Source: an uncultured bacterium (GTDB lineage: Bacteria; Patescibacteriota; Minisyncoccia; Phycocordibacterales; GWA1-40-21). From it: a stretch of 64,000 bases of DNA. A program made the translations under genes and the position numbers. The notes beneath the pieces were generated by a model, which did not search any database, had not been told where the DNA came from, and worked only from the letters and a program-made list of their open reading frames with translations. Positions within the stretch are counted from its first letter, which is position 1. Each line of letters opens with the position of its first letter. This document shows positions 30,582 through 40,970 of this stretch, piece by piece. Location of the stretch: the NCBI GenBank assembly GCA_903832855.1, contig CAILDB010000014.1, forward strand, positions 128,144-192,143, written 5' to 3'.

Positions 30582-31928
30582 ATGATTAAAAGAAGATTTA
30601 TAGCCATTGCACTGCTTATCGGTGCCTTTATTATTGGGTATTTTGTTTATTCTACGGAGATTTCAGGTTCACACAAGTTCAAGCTCGGACTTGATTTAAA
30701 CGGTGGAACAGAGCTCGTCTACAAAGCTGATTTGTCAAAAGTAAATCAAGTGGATATTTCCGCTTCTATGAATACTTTGAGAGATGTCATTGAAAGAAGA
30801 GTAAATACTTTTGGTGTTTCTGAAGCGACCGTGCGACTAGAAAGAGTGGGTCTTACTGGAAGTGCCAGTGAAGAGCGACTTGTGGTGGAACTTCCAGGGG
30901 TTACAGATACAGACAAAGCAATTCAAATGATTGGAGAGACACCTGTTTTGGAATTTAAATTACTTTCAAAAACGGCGACGACAACTGGCAACTTAAATAT
31001 AAGTGCAAGCTCAACTGATTTTCTAGACACGGGACTTACCGGAAGATTTTTGCAACATTCGGAACTCACTTTTGATAATAACACTGGCGCTGCGATGGTT
31101 TCTATGCAATTTAATAATGAGGGCTCAACTCTTTTTGCAAAAATTACAAAAGAAAATGTTGGCAGAGTTCTTGCGATTTTTCTTGACGGAGATGTAAAGT
31201 CAAAGCCGACAATCAAAGAAGAAATCAATGGTGGAAAAGCTGTCATCTCTGGAAACTTCAATGGTTCGGCTGGACTCAAAGAAGCAAAAGCTTTGGTAAG
31301 TAATTTAAATTTGGGTGCATTACCTGTTCCAATCAATCTTATCAGCACTCAAACAATCGGTGCATCTCTCGGTGCAGATGCGGTAAATAAAGCACTTTTT
31401 GCTGGTATTTGGGCATTTATAATTATCGCTCTTTTCTTGATCATCTGGTACAGATTGCCAGGGCTTCTCGCTGTGATTGCTCTTCTTGCTTACATCGCTA
31501 TCAACCTTGCAATTTATAAACTTTTGCCAGTTACTCTCACATCAGCTGGTATCGCAGGATTTATTCTTTCTATCGGTATGGCCGTGGACGCAAACATTCT
31601 TATTTTTGAAAGATTGAAAGAAGAATTAAAGAGAGGAAGGGAAGTGGAAGATGCTGTGAAAGAAGGTTTTCACAGAGCTTGGACTTCTATCAGAGATAGT
31701 AATACTTCAAGTATCATCACTGCAATTATTTTGTTTATGTTCTCCAGCACTTCTGTTGTAAAAGGTTTTGCACTTGTTTTCCTTATCGGTGTTATTACTT
31801 CGGCATTTACTGCCATTACGCTTTCCAGATCATTCTTGCTTGCCATCAAACACGACAATGCCGGAAAGGTCCTGAAGTTTTTACTAGGTGGAAAGTTTAA
31901 AGGCGAGAAAATCGCAGAAAATAAATAA
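30582..31928 (+). CDS. secD: Protein translocase SecD
   Basis: LGLDLNGG, GMAVDANILIFER. Confidence 0.95.
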   Translation: MIKRRFIAIALLIGAFIIGYFVYSTEISGSHKFKLGLDLNGGTELVYKADLSKVNQVDISASMNTLRDVIERRVNTFGVSEATVRLERVGLTGSASEERLVVELPGVTDTDKAIQMIGETPVLEFKLLSKTATTTGNLNISASSTDFLDTGLTGRFLQHSELTFDNNTGAAMVSMQFNNEGSTLFAKITKENVGRVLAIFLDGDVKSKPTIKEEINGGKAVISGNFNGSAGLKEAKALVSNLNLGALPVPINLISTQTIGASLGADAVNKALFAGIWAFIIIALFLIIWYRLPGLLAVIALLAYIAINLAIYKLLPVTLTSAGIAGFILSIGMAVDANILIFERLKEELKRGREVEDAVKEGFHRAWTSIRDSNTSSIITAIILFMFSSTSVVKGFALVFLIGVITSAFTAITLSRSFLLAIKHDNAGKVLKFLLGGKFKGEKIAENK

Positions 31929-31929
31929 T

Positions 31930-32847
31930 ATGAACATTGTAAAATACAGAAAAATATTTTATTGGATTTCAGGAATTTTGTTTGTGACTGCAATTGCTTC
32001 AATTTCTATTTGGGGATTAAAACTCGGAATTGATTTTGAAGGTGGCACATCCATAGAAGTAGAATACACAAATGCAAGACCAGACACTTCTGCACTTTCC
32101 GCAAAGTTAGACGCTCTTACTTTAGACCCAGCAATAAAAGGCTTTTACACTATCACACCTTACGGCGCAAACGGTTATCAGATAAAAATGAGAAATGTTA
32201 CCGAGCCAGAAAAGAAAATCGTCGTCGCCTCGCTTTCGGAAGCCTCAAGCTCGGCGACCCTCGCCGGCTTCAGCTCTATCGGCCCAGTCCTCGGACAAGA
32301 AGCAGAAACAAAATCAATGACTTCAATTATTCTTGTTGTGATTGCTATCGTCCTCTTTATTACATTTGCTTTCCGAAAAGTTTCCGAGCCGGTATCTTCT
32401 TGGAAATATGGTTTGATTACTATTGTCGCACTTCTTCACGACGTCATATTGCCAACAGGTATTTTTGCAATACTCGGACATTTTGCAGGATATGAAGTGG
32501 ACACACTTTTTGTCACGGCAGTTTTGGTTATTCTTGGTTTCTCCGTTCACGACACAATCGTCGTCTTTGACAGAGTGAGAGAAAATCTAAAATTAAATAG
32601 AGAAAATAGAAATGCAAAAACATTTGAGACAGTTGTAGGGGAGAGTATTAACCAAACAATTGTCAGGTCCGTGAACACTTCTCTCACCACAATGCTTGCG
32701 GTCCTCGCCGTTTACTTCCTCGGCCCAGACACCACTCGACACTTTGCCCTTACCTTGGTTATTGGTATATTCTTTGGAACTTATTCTTCAATTTTTATTG
32801 CATCAAACCTATTAGTTACTGTTGAAAAGTGGCAGAAGAAGGGGTAG
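31930..32847 (+). CDS. secF: Protein translocase SecF
   Basis: GIDFEGG, HDTIVVFDRVRE. Confidence 0.95.
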   Translation: MNIVKYRKIFYWISGILFVTAIASISIWGLKLGIDFEGGTSIEVEYTNARPDTSALSAKLDALTLDPAIKGFYTITPYGANGYQIKMRNVTEPEKKIVVASLSEASSSATLAGFSSIGPVLGQEAETKSMTSIILVVIAIVLFITFAFRKVSEPVSSWKYGLITIVALLHDVILPTGIFAILGHFAGYEVDTLFVTAVLVILGFSVHDTIVVFDRVRENLKLNRENRNAKTFETVVGESINQTIVRSVNTSLTTMLAVLAVYFLGPDTTRHFALTLVIGIFFGTYSSIFIASNLLVTVEKWQKKG

Positions 32848-32856
32848 AATAGAAAT

Positions 32857-33327
32857 ATGGAAGCAATTGAAACACTCGAGTCAGAATATAGACCGACCTT
32901 TAGAAAAGACCAATTGTCGGTAATTTCGTCTGGGTATGATAATTTTTCTATAGGAATTGTGGATCATTTCAATAGACTATCTACAGAGATGCCACTTGTT
33001 ACAATAAAAAATGTTCCTGGTTTTTCTATTAGCGATCAGGTTCTTGATAATATAAAAATGTCCATAGAAGGTAAGAGATTGGATTTTCCCGAATTTAAAA
33101 AAGTGGTTTTGGAAACGGTAGGTATTCTTTTTGATGGTAAGGCAGTGGCTTCTTTTGCTAATGAGGGTTCTATTGATAAAGCTATTGAATGTATGGATAA
33201 CCAATCATTTGAAACGGCTCTGGATAGCGGGGAAGAAGTCTTCCGTGGAGTTTGTGATATTTTTAATTTAAATAGGTTTCAGACTGCGGAGTTACTAAAA
33301 GAGTTACGAGGGAAGCTAGGCAAATAG
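32857..33327 (+). CDS. Hypothetical protein
   Basis: 156 aa ORF, no recognised motif. Confidence 0.6.
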   Translation: MEAIETLESEYRPTFRKDQLSVISSGYDNFSIGIVDHFNRLSTEMPLVTIKNVPGFSISDQVLDNIKMSIEGKRLDFPEFKKVVLETVGILFDGKAVASFANEGSIDKAIECMDNQSFETALDSGEEVFRGVCDIFNLNRFQTAELLKELRGKLGK

Positions 33328-35191
33328 TGTCAAGCACCATTGAGAAATAAGCCTAAAATTTCGCTTGACTTCTCTTTCGCTATGAGTATAATAGACCCCA
33401 CTGCTTGATATCACCTCTATGGGTGATTTTTAAGTCAGTAAAAAACAAGTTCGTTGACATATTTGAAATAATTCCAACACGGTTATAGTGTAACTGGAGT
33501 TGGAGAGCCCCAGTAGTAGAGCATAGCTCACTACGGGGCGAGAACATATTAGTAAATATGTGCAAGTTAATGTTCTAAATATTTTTATATGTATTTAGAA
33601 CTCGTCTATAACCCCAGTAGTAGAAATAGGAATTTCACTACGGGGTAAAATTAATATAAAATAATTCACATACAAAATAGTAGCAAGTTTTGTATGTAGA
33701 GAGCTAGGTCAGAAAGAATTTTTTCAAAAGTTAAAGTTATTATTTTTTCTTTTGTTCCGTTCTTTTTTAGTAGAGTTTGATCCTAGCTCAGGATGAACGC
33801 TGGCGGCGTGGATAGGGCATGCAAGTCAAGGGGGTCCGCAAGGACAACCGGCAGACGAGATAGTATAAAGTAGGTAACGAACCTCTAAGTCAGGAATAGC
33901 TTATCGAAAGATAAGGTAATACTTGATAGCCCGTGTGTGAACTTTGAACGCAAATTATTTTTCAAAAAATAAAATTTGTTTTTAAAGTTAACATACGGTA
34001 AAGATTTATCGCTTAGAGATCGGCCTGCTCGGTATCAGCTAGTTGGTAAGGTAATGGCTTACCAAGGCAATGACACCTAGGGGGAGTGAGAGCTCGATCC
34101 CCATCGATGGAACTGAGACACGGTCCATACACCTACGGGTGGCTGCAGTCGAGAATATTCCGCAATGGGCGAAAGCCTGACGGAGCGACGCCGCGTGCAG
34201 GATGAAGTCCTTCGGGATGTAAACTGCTTTTGCGAACTAGTAAGTTATTGAACAGTTCGAGAATAAGAGGTTGCTAAACTCGTGCCAGCAGCAGCGGTAA
34301 TACGAGTGCCTCAAGCGTTATCCGGAATTATTGGGCGTAAAGGGTGTGTAGGTTGTTTTGTTAGTCTTTTGTTAAATTCTTCGGCTCAACCGGGGACCTG
34401 CAAGAGAAACGGCAAGACTTTAGAGGGTGCGAGGGGTCTGTGGAACTCTAGGTGTAGCGGTGAAATGCGTTGATATCTAGGGGAACACCAAAAGCGAAGG
34501 CAGCAGACTGGAGCATTCCTGACACTGAAACACGAAAGCGTGGGTAGCGAATGGGATTAGATACCCCAGTAGTCCACGCCCTAAACTATCTTCTCTAGGT
34601 TTTCGGAGTATCGACCCTCTGAGAGCCACAGCTAACGCGTTAAGAGAAGCGCCTGGGTAGTACGATCGCAAGATTAAAACTCAAAGGAATAGACGGGGAC
34701 TTGCACAAGCGGAGGATCATGTGGTTTAATTCGATGGTAAACGAAGAACCTTACCAAGATTGGAAATCTAGCTGAAGAATAGTAGAAATATTATTCGTCT
34801 CACAAGGACAGCTAGACAGGTGATGCATGGCCGTCGTCAGTTCGTGGTTTGAATTGTTCCCTTAAGTGGGGTAACGAACGCAACCCTCGTTGTCTGTTAT
34901 ATTTGTCAGACGAGACTGCCCCCGCATTTGAGCACAAGCGAAAGCTTGCGAGCAGGTGCGGGGGAGGAAGGCGAGGATGACGCCAGGTCAGCATGTCCCT
35001 TTGATATCTTGGGCTACACACGTGATACAATGGACACTACAACGGGATGCGACGAGGAAACTCTGAGCTAATCCTTCAAAAGTGTTCTAAGTTCGGATTG
35101 AGGGCTGCAACTCGCCCTCATGAAGCTGGATTCGCTAGTAATCACAGGTCAGCTATACTGTGGTGAATACGTTCTCAAGTCTTGTACTCAC

Positions 35192-36088
35192 AATAAAAGC
35201 GCGCAGCAGGTTATATTTCTAGATGGTTCAAATCCATCCTATTATTAAAATAATAGTAGCCGACAGATAGTTAAATATCGCGAGGTGTTTAGCGGAGGAT
35301 CTTTAGGCAAAATACAGCCCTTACAAAAAAAGCGAGAATTGAACTATGAAAAAGAAGGCGGTGAGCATAGTGAAAATTCAAAAAAAATCGCGTAGGGGAT
35401 GCATGGAACAGAAATATAATTTACCTGTGGAGATCTGACATTGTTACTTTACAAAATGTAAAGTATAATTAACTTACGCAGCGTCAGAAGTCAGCTGAGT
35501 CATAGTAACCCTATTTAAATAGGTGAAGGACTCACTCAAATGCAAAATTTTAAACCAGATTACATTTTAGGTTTAGTCGATGGTGAAGGAAGCTTCACTG
35601 TATATATTCGTGATCCGGATATTTCTAAAGATGTTAAAAGAAGAGTGGTTGTAGAACCAAAGTTTTACATCAAACTCATTGAACGCGACAAGGAAATACT
35701 GGAATCTCTGAAACAATATTTTGGTTGTGGAAGTGTGTATTTTCAAAAAGATACACGGCCCAATCATCAAAATTGTTACAGATACGAAGTCTACAATCGG
35801 CAGGATTTAGAAAAGGTAATCATTCCATTTTTCAAAAAAAAGGTTGAAGTTTGTAAGCAAAAGTTACGACTTCAAAATATTTTGTGAGATTATGGAGCAA
35901 ATTTCTGAAGGTAAACATCTTACAGAAGTTGGATTAAGAAAATTGTTTAAATTAAAACAATTAATGCATTAGAGCTCGCGTAGTGCGGGAAAACCGCTCG
36001 CTACGTCGTCTGGTATCGTGACTGATACTGGAGCTAGAACAGTAATGTTTTAGGGGAACTTCAATTCAATTAGTTAATTGAAGAAAAT
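35192..36088 (+). mobile_element. 897 nt intron-like insertion at S1399, possibly group II-like
   Basis: Interrupts GTACTCAC|CGCCCGTC; ends in AT; domain-V-like hairpin at 35972-36007. Confidence 0.75.
35540..35972 (+). pseudogene. Single-motif LAGLIDADG endonuclease, frameshifted at an A8 tract
   Basis: YILGLVDGEGSF; alternate frame continues LKFVSKSYDFKIFCEIM...KHLTEVGLRKLFKLKQLMH*. Confidence 0.8.
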
Positions 36089-36406
36089 CGCCCGTCAACT
36101 CAAGGGAGCCAGGAATACCCGAAGTTCCCCTTTATGGGGGCCTACGGTAAGTTTGGTGACAGGGAGTAAGTCGTAACAAGGCACGGGTAGCGGAAGCTGC
36201 TCGTGGATTATTTCAAATGAAAACCGTCAAACATATGTCTTCGGATGTGTGTTTGACTTATTGAGTCGGTTTTCAATGCCTCAATTGAGCATTGAAAGGT
36301 TTGCTTGAACTTTAAACAAGAGGACAGATTGGAAAGACAGTCACAAAGGTTCAATTAATTTTGAACCGGAGAACGGAACAAAAGAAAGAATAATAAATCA
36401 AAGAAA

Positions 36407-36442
36407 AAAGCCCCGCGAATAGGAATTCGCGGGGCCTTTTTC
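36407..36442 (+). terminator. 16S terminator
   Basis: GCCCCGCGAAT/ATTCGCGGGGCCTTTTT. Confidence 0.85.
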
Positions 36443-36562
36443 TTATCCATTTTCCCCTTATTCCTAGCCCTATTATTTGTGCTTGACAAAAAACTAGGAT
36501 ATGCTATACTTGACAGTGGAAGTTTAGGTTTGGATTTGATTTCAACCTTTGAAAGGAAAAAA

Positions 36563-36796
36563 ATGAGTGCAACAATTCGGCTGAAACGGGTGGAGAACGA
36601 AATAAATGACATACAGAATTTGTTGAAGCAGATGAATCGCCATCTTGCCTTGAGGAAGTTCCTCATCTGGGCAAAGCCGATCATCTGGGCGGCCTCGCTC
36701 ACGGTTATAATTTCCGTGGCGATTCTCGTCGCGTTGGACTGGGCCTTTCCCCCAATCGTTGGTTGGGGAGGCATCTGCAAGTTGTTCGGCGGTTGA
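36563..36796 (+). CDS. Orphan small membrane protein
   Basis: TTGACA-N16-TATACT promoter, GAAAGGA SD, terminator at 36822-36860. Confidence 0.65.
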   Translation: MSATIRLKRVENEINDIQNLLKQMNRHLALRKFLIWAKPIIWAASLTVIISVAILVALDWAFPPIVGWGGICKLFGG

Positions 36797-36930
36797 TACC
36801 TTATGGTATCATCAGGCCCACAGAGCGTCACGGACTTCGGTTTGTGGCGCTCTTTTTTTTTATATAAACTATGCTAGTATGATTAGTAGATCTTGTACCT
36901 AAAATTTGACGAGAAAGAAAGGATAAAAGT

Positions 36931-37194
36931 ATGAGTCAAAAACATAATCCTTTTTGGCGATACTCATGGGAGGACGGCCTTGATGCCGCAAGCAGAATGC
37001 TTGAGCAGGCAGTAACTTCTCAGTTTCCCTGCAATTTTGCACTTCTACCGTGGTGCCACATTGTAGTGAAAAATCGGCTTGAGATATTTATCGCGTATAT
37101 TCTGCGGTTTGTTCTTTCGGTATTTTTTGCAACGATCCTTTTTTTTCTTTTGGCGACATTAGGATCGTATGTCATTCTGGATTATCTTTCGTAA
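36931..37194 (+). CDS. Orphan small membrane protein
   Basis: GAAAGGA SD; hairpin plus T tract at 37199-37229. Confidence 0.6.
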   Translation: MSQKHNPFWRYSWEDGLDAASRMLEQAVTSQFPCNFALLPWCHIVVKNRLEIFIAYILRFVLSVFFATILFFLLATLGSYVILDYLS

Positions 37195-37269
37195 CACTCC
37201 GTCGTGGCACCTGCCTCGACGGATTTTTCATTTGTATTTTTGATTTTTTTTTGGTAGATTAATGATGTT

Positions 37270-37343
37270 GCGCGTATAGCTCAGATGGTTAGAGCGCGTC
37301 ACTGATAATGACGAGGTCCCACGTTCGATTCGTGGTACGCGCA
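37270..37343 (+). tRNA. tRNA-Ile(GAT)
   Basis: Cloverleaf, loop CTGATAA, CCA not encoded. Confidence 0.95.
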
Positions 37344-37417
37344 CATTTTAAAAACACCCTGAACGGGTGTTTTTAAAATGTGCGAGCCGGAAACTTTTGT
37401 GTTATATTTCTTCTATT

Positions 37418-37501
37418 GGGCGCGTGGCGAAACTGGTAGACGCACTACGTTCAGGTCGTAGTTCTCGCAAGGGAATGAGAGTTCAAGTCTCTCCGCGCCC
37501 A
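37418..37501 (+). tRNA. tRNA-Leu(CAG)
   Basis: Cloverleaf with long variable arm, loop TTCAGGT. Confidence 0.93.
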
Positions 37502-37657
37502 CAAACTGCTTCAAACAACATCTTTATTTAATATGTCAAATATCATTTGACAAATATTTTGTATGTGCTATATTATCATTAGATCTTAAGTTTATAGCAT
37601 GTTCTTTGAACAGTAGCTTAAGAAGTTAGTTAGTATGTTGAAATCGTGGAGGTTAGT

Positions 37658-38353
37658 ATGTCCAAGAAATTGAAACCAGGTGAAGTCGTCCCACAGGTGG
37701 TCATAGCTGGAGGAAATCCAGTTTTGGTAGCACCAATCGTGCAAGTGAAAATTGATGAACCGGTGGCAGAAGAAGCCATCATGGTCTCTGTGATGTTCCG
37801 GAAGTATCAGAACTCAAAGACCAGAGCAGACCAACTCAAGGGGTTCTTTCGCGCCGAAAGCGGAATTTCTGTGTATGTTGTGACTCATCCGGATGCGGAA
37901 AAGCAACCACAGGAAGGTGAAGTTTGGGTTTGTGAGGTTTATCCCTCGCGTGACCCAATCGCTCGCTGGAACCATAAGGACGGAACGCCCTCGGTTCTCG
38001 TCGTCGGTTTGCCGGTGTTCAAGATTAATGTCCCAGAAACAATCCGATTCGAGCATATCGGTAACGGTAACCTGGCATACAGGGTACCGCAAAAGTTGCC
38101 GGGAAACACCAAGTTGGTCTTTATTCCCGACAACAGGAGGGGGCTCGAACCCAGGGCAGAACAGCTTTGGCGGGTGAAGGCGAGTTGCATCATCCATCCA
38201 ATCGGGGTGGACAATGAGAAGACGATCGCCATTGCCGTCATCTGCGAGGAGCATATCTGTCAGACGGTAGAAACAATAATGGCCTCGGCCTGGGAGCAGG
38301 CTCAACAAGCTGAAGAGCGGAGGCGGGGTCCGCGTCTTGTCGCAGTGGCCTAA
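37658..38353 (+). CDS. Orphan hypothetical protein, GC-richer than flanks
   Basis: TTGACA-N16-TATATT promoter, GGAGG SD, terminator at 38379-38428. Confidence 0.7.
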   Translation: MSKKLKPGEVVPQVVIAGGNPVLVAPIVQVKIDEPVAEEAIMVSVMFRKYQNSKTRADQLKGFFRAESGISVYVVTHPDAEKQPQEGEVWVCEVYPSRDPIARWNHKDGTPSVLVVGLPVFKINVPETIRFEHIGNGNLAYRVPQKLPGNTKLVFIPDNRRGLEPRAEQLWRVKASCIIHPIGVDNEKTIAIAVICEEHICQTVETIMASAWEQAQQAEERRRGPRLVAVA

Positions 38354-38453
38354 AGCCACGCGTTTGGGCGCGCAACATCGCCGGGGGCAAAAGGGGTCAA
38401 ACCCAATTGCTCTCGGCGGTTTTCTTTTGCCAGAATTTTGATAATATTGGGAG

Positions 38454-39857
38454 ATGACAGAAAATTTTTTTAAAAAAGCGAAAAATATTTATTTTATAGG
38501 GATTGGGGGGATAGGGATTTCTGCTATCGCGAGAATGATGTTTGGTGAAGGAAAGCAGGTGAGTGGTTCCGACTCTTCCGGCTCAGAAATAATAGAAGCG
38601 TTGAAAAAAGCCGGGGCAAAGATTTTTGTAGGGCATAATGCAAAAAACATTTCAAAGGATGTTGATTTGGTGATTTATACAGTAGCTATTTCAAAAGAAA
38701 ATCCGGAATTTTTGGAAGCGCAAAAAAGAAAGATAAAAACGATTACTTATGCCGAGGCACTTCACGAAATCTCAAAAGATAAATTTACAATTGCGGTTTC
38801 TGGAACTCACGGGAAAACAACAACGACGGCAATGATTGCAAAAGTTATGATTGATGCCGGACTTGATCCAACGGTGATTGTCGGTTCGCTTTTGAAAGAG
38901 TCAAAATCAAATTTTATTTCCGGAAAATCAAAATACTTTGTAGTAGAGGCCTGCGAATACAAAAGGTCTTTTTTGAACATCGAGCCGACAATTGCAACTA
39001 TCACAAATATTGATAACGATCATTTGGATTATTACAAAGATATTGCTGATATTCAGTCGGCTTTTAATGAGTTTGTAAAAAAAGTTCCGCAAAAAGGTTT
39101 TGTAGTTTGTGATCGTGAAGACAAAATTGTTTCGCCGGCACTTTCTGGAGTTTCCGGAAAAATTGTGAATTGGGCGGATTTTGACGCAAGTAAATTGAAA
39201 ATGAAAGTTCCGGGGAAGCATAATAAAAAAGACGCGAGTGTCGCACTTGCAGTGGCGCATATTTTGGGAATTGATAAGAAAAAAGCAATTAAATCCTTGG
39301 AAGATTTTTCTGGAACATGGAGAAGATTTGAATACAAAGGGGAGACGAAAGGTGGTGCGAAAGTTTACGATGACTACGGGCATCATCCGACGGAGATAAA
39401 GGCGACGCTTTTGGGCGCGCGCGAAATCTTTCCAAAAGAACGCATTGTGGTGGTCTTCCAACCACACCTTTTTTCTCGCACCAAGTTGCTCCTCCACGAT
39501 TTCGCGCGCGCCTTCAAATCCGCCGACGAAATTCTTCTTGCTCCCATTTTCCCAGCCCGCGAAGCCTTTGACCCCACAATTTCCTCCGATATTTTAGCCG
39601 ACGAAATCCGTCACTGTCATTCCCGCGCAGGCCGTGAGCTTGGGTTGGGACCCAAGCGCAAGATCGGAGCGCGACGGCGCGAGATGGGCCCTGCAGGCTT
39701 TTCAGCAGAAAAGCACTGTGGGGACCCATCCCCAGTCCTTTCTTTCCCCAATTTCCCCGAAATAGTAACCTATCTCAAAAAAACCCTCAAAAAAGGTGAC
39801 CTACTCATCACAATGGGCGCCGGCGATGCTTACAAAATTTACGATGACCTTGCATAG
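38454..39857 (+). CDS. murC: UDP-N-acetylmuramate--L-alanine ligase with in-frame repeat insertion
   Basis: GIGGIG, GTHGKTTT, DDYGHHPTE, FQPH. Confidence 0.93.
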   Translation: MTENFFKKAKNIYFIGIGGIGISAIARMMFGEGKQVSGSDSSGSEIIEALKKAGAKIFVGHNAKNISKDVDLVIYTVAISKENPEFLEAQKRKIKTITYAEALHEISKDKFTIAVSGTHGKTTTTAMIAKVMIDAGLDPTVIVGSLLKESKSNFISGKSKYFVVEACEYKRSFLNIEPTIATITNIDNDHLDYYKDIADIQSAFNEFVKKVPQKGFVVCDREDKIVSPALSGVSGKIVNWADFDASKLKMKVPGKHNKKDASVALAVAHILGIDKKKAIKSLEDFSGTWRRFEYKGETKGGAKVYDDYGHHPTEIKATLLGAREIFPKERIVVVFQPHLFSRTKLLLHDFARAFKSADEILLAPIFPAREAFDPTISSDILADEIRHCHSRAGRELGLGPKRKIGARRREMGPAGFSAEKHCGDPSPVLSFPNFPEIVTYLKKTLKKGDLLITMGAGDAYKIYDDLA

Positions 39858-39960
39858 CAACTCTATATTTTATATAATGTACACATTGACAGCTAATATT
39901 TAATAGTCTAACTTTATGAGAGAAACATTTGATCCAACAAACCAGAGAGAAGGAGGAGAT

Positions 39961-40212
39961 ATGAATGCAGAAGTTGTTCTTACTGAGGAAATGAGAAATC
40001 TTGCCGAAAGACAAATTGAGGATCTCGGAAGGATTCGTTCGCAAGCAATTGCTGGACATGAGGGTTGGTTTGTGATGAATGCAAACGATGCAGCATATGC
40101 CAGCGAGCAAGGATCAAGCATATTTCTTTTGTCCGACGGATCTCATTATGCTGTGTATGCAGACGAAGCAGTGAGAGAAGGTCACAAAGTGATGTCACAA
40201 GAAATTGAATAA
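39961..40212 (+). CDS. Orphan small acidic protein
   Basis: TTGCAT-N17-TATAAT promoter, AAGGAGG SD, terminator at 40232-40266. Confidence 0.65.
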   Translation: MNAEVVLTEEMRNLAERQIEDLGRIRSQAIAGHEGWFVMNANDAAYASEQGSSIFLLSDGSHYAVYADEAVREGHKVMSQEIE

Positions 40213-40289
40213 TTCTTGTCCGTAATTCCCCGAAGTCCCACAGTAATGTTGGGGCTTCTTTTTTTTCTAAAATATAGTAGATTATAGAT

Positions 40290-40970
40290 ATGACTGACTT
40301 TTTTGTAATAGGCACACCGATAGGAAATATGGAAGACATCACACTTCGTGCGGTGAGAATTTTGAGTGAGGTGGATTTGATATTGTGTGAGGACACCAGA
40401 GTTACAAAAAATCTGCTAAATAAATATTCAATTTCAAAGCCGACAATGAGCTATCATTCACAAAGCAAACTTTCCAAAATTGATTATATTATTTCACTTC
40501 TCAAAGAAGGCAAAAATCTTGCGCTTGTTTCGGACGCAGGTACGCCAACAATTTCTGACCCAGGATCTCTTCTCGTTTCGCATATTTTGAAGGAAGCGCC
40601 GGAAGTAAAAATAATTACAATCCCAGGTCCTTCTGCTTTGGTTTCGGCCTTATCTATTTCAGGATTTCCTTCATCTGATTTTTTGTTTCTAGGATTTTTG
40701 CCACACAAAAAAGGCAGGGAAACTTTGTTCAAAGAAATTGCAAATTCAGAAAGAACAGTTGTTTTTTATGAATCTCCACACAGAATAATGAAAACTCTTG
40801 ATTCTCTCAAAAAACATTTACCTGAAAGAAAAATAATGATAGCTCGCGAACTTACCAAAATTTATGAAGAAACCGCTTTCGGAATTCCAGAAGAAGTGGA
40901 AAAATATTTTGTGGATAATAAAGACAAAGTCAGAGGGGAGTTTGTAGTAGTAATTTCTCCCAAAAAATAA
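40290..40970 (+). CDS. rsmI: 16S rRNA C1402 2'-O-methyltransferase
   Basis: TPIGNMEDIT, CEDTR, SDAGTP, RELTK. Confidence 0.93.
   Translation: MTDFFVIGTPIGNMEDITLRAVRILSEVDLILCEDTRVTKNLLNKYSISKPTMSYHSQSKLSKIDYIISLLKEGKNLALVSDAGTPTISDPGSLLVSHILKEAPEVKIITIPGPSALVSALSISGFPSSDFLFLGFLPHKKGRETLFKEIANSERTVVFYESPHRIMKTLDSLKKHLPERKIMIARELTKIYEETAFGIPEEVEKYFVDNKDKVRGEFVVVISPKK

Larger units (their letters stand above)
33765..36215 (+). rRNA. rrs: 16S rRNA with one large insertion, no anti-SD tail (ends approximate)
   Basis: AGAGTTTGATCC, GATTAGATACCC, AAACTCAAAGGAAT, AAGTCGTAACAAG. Confidence 0.97.

Noticed and set aside
37814-38359. 181 aa antisense ORF and other shadow ORFs
   Set aside because: The plus-strand ORF has promoter, SD and terminator support; the shadow ORFs have none.
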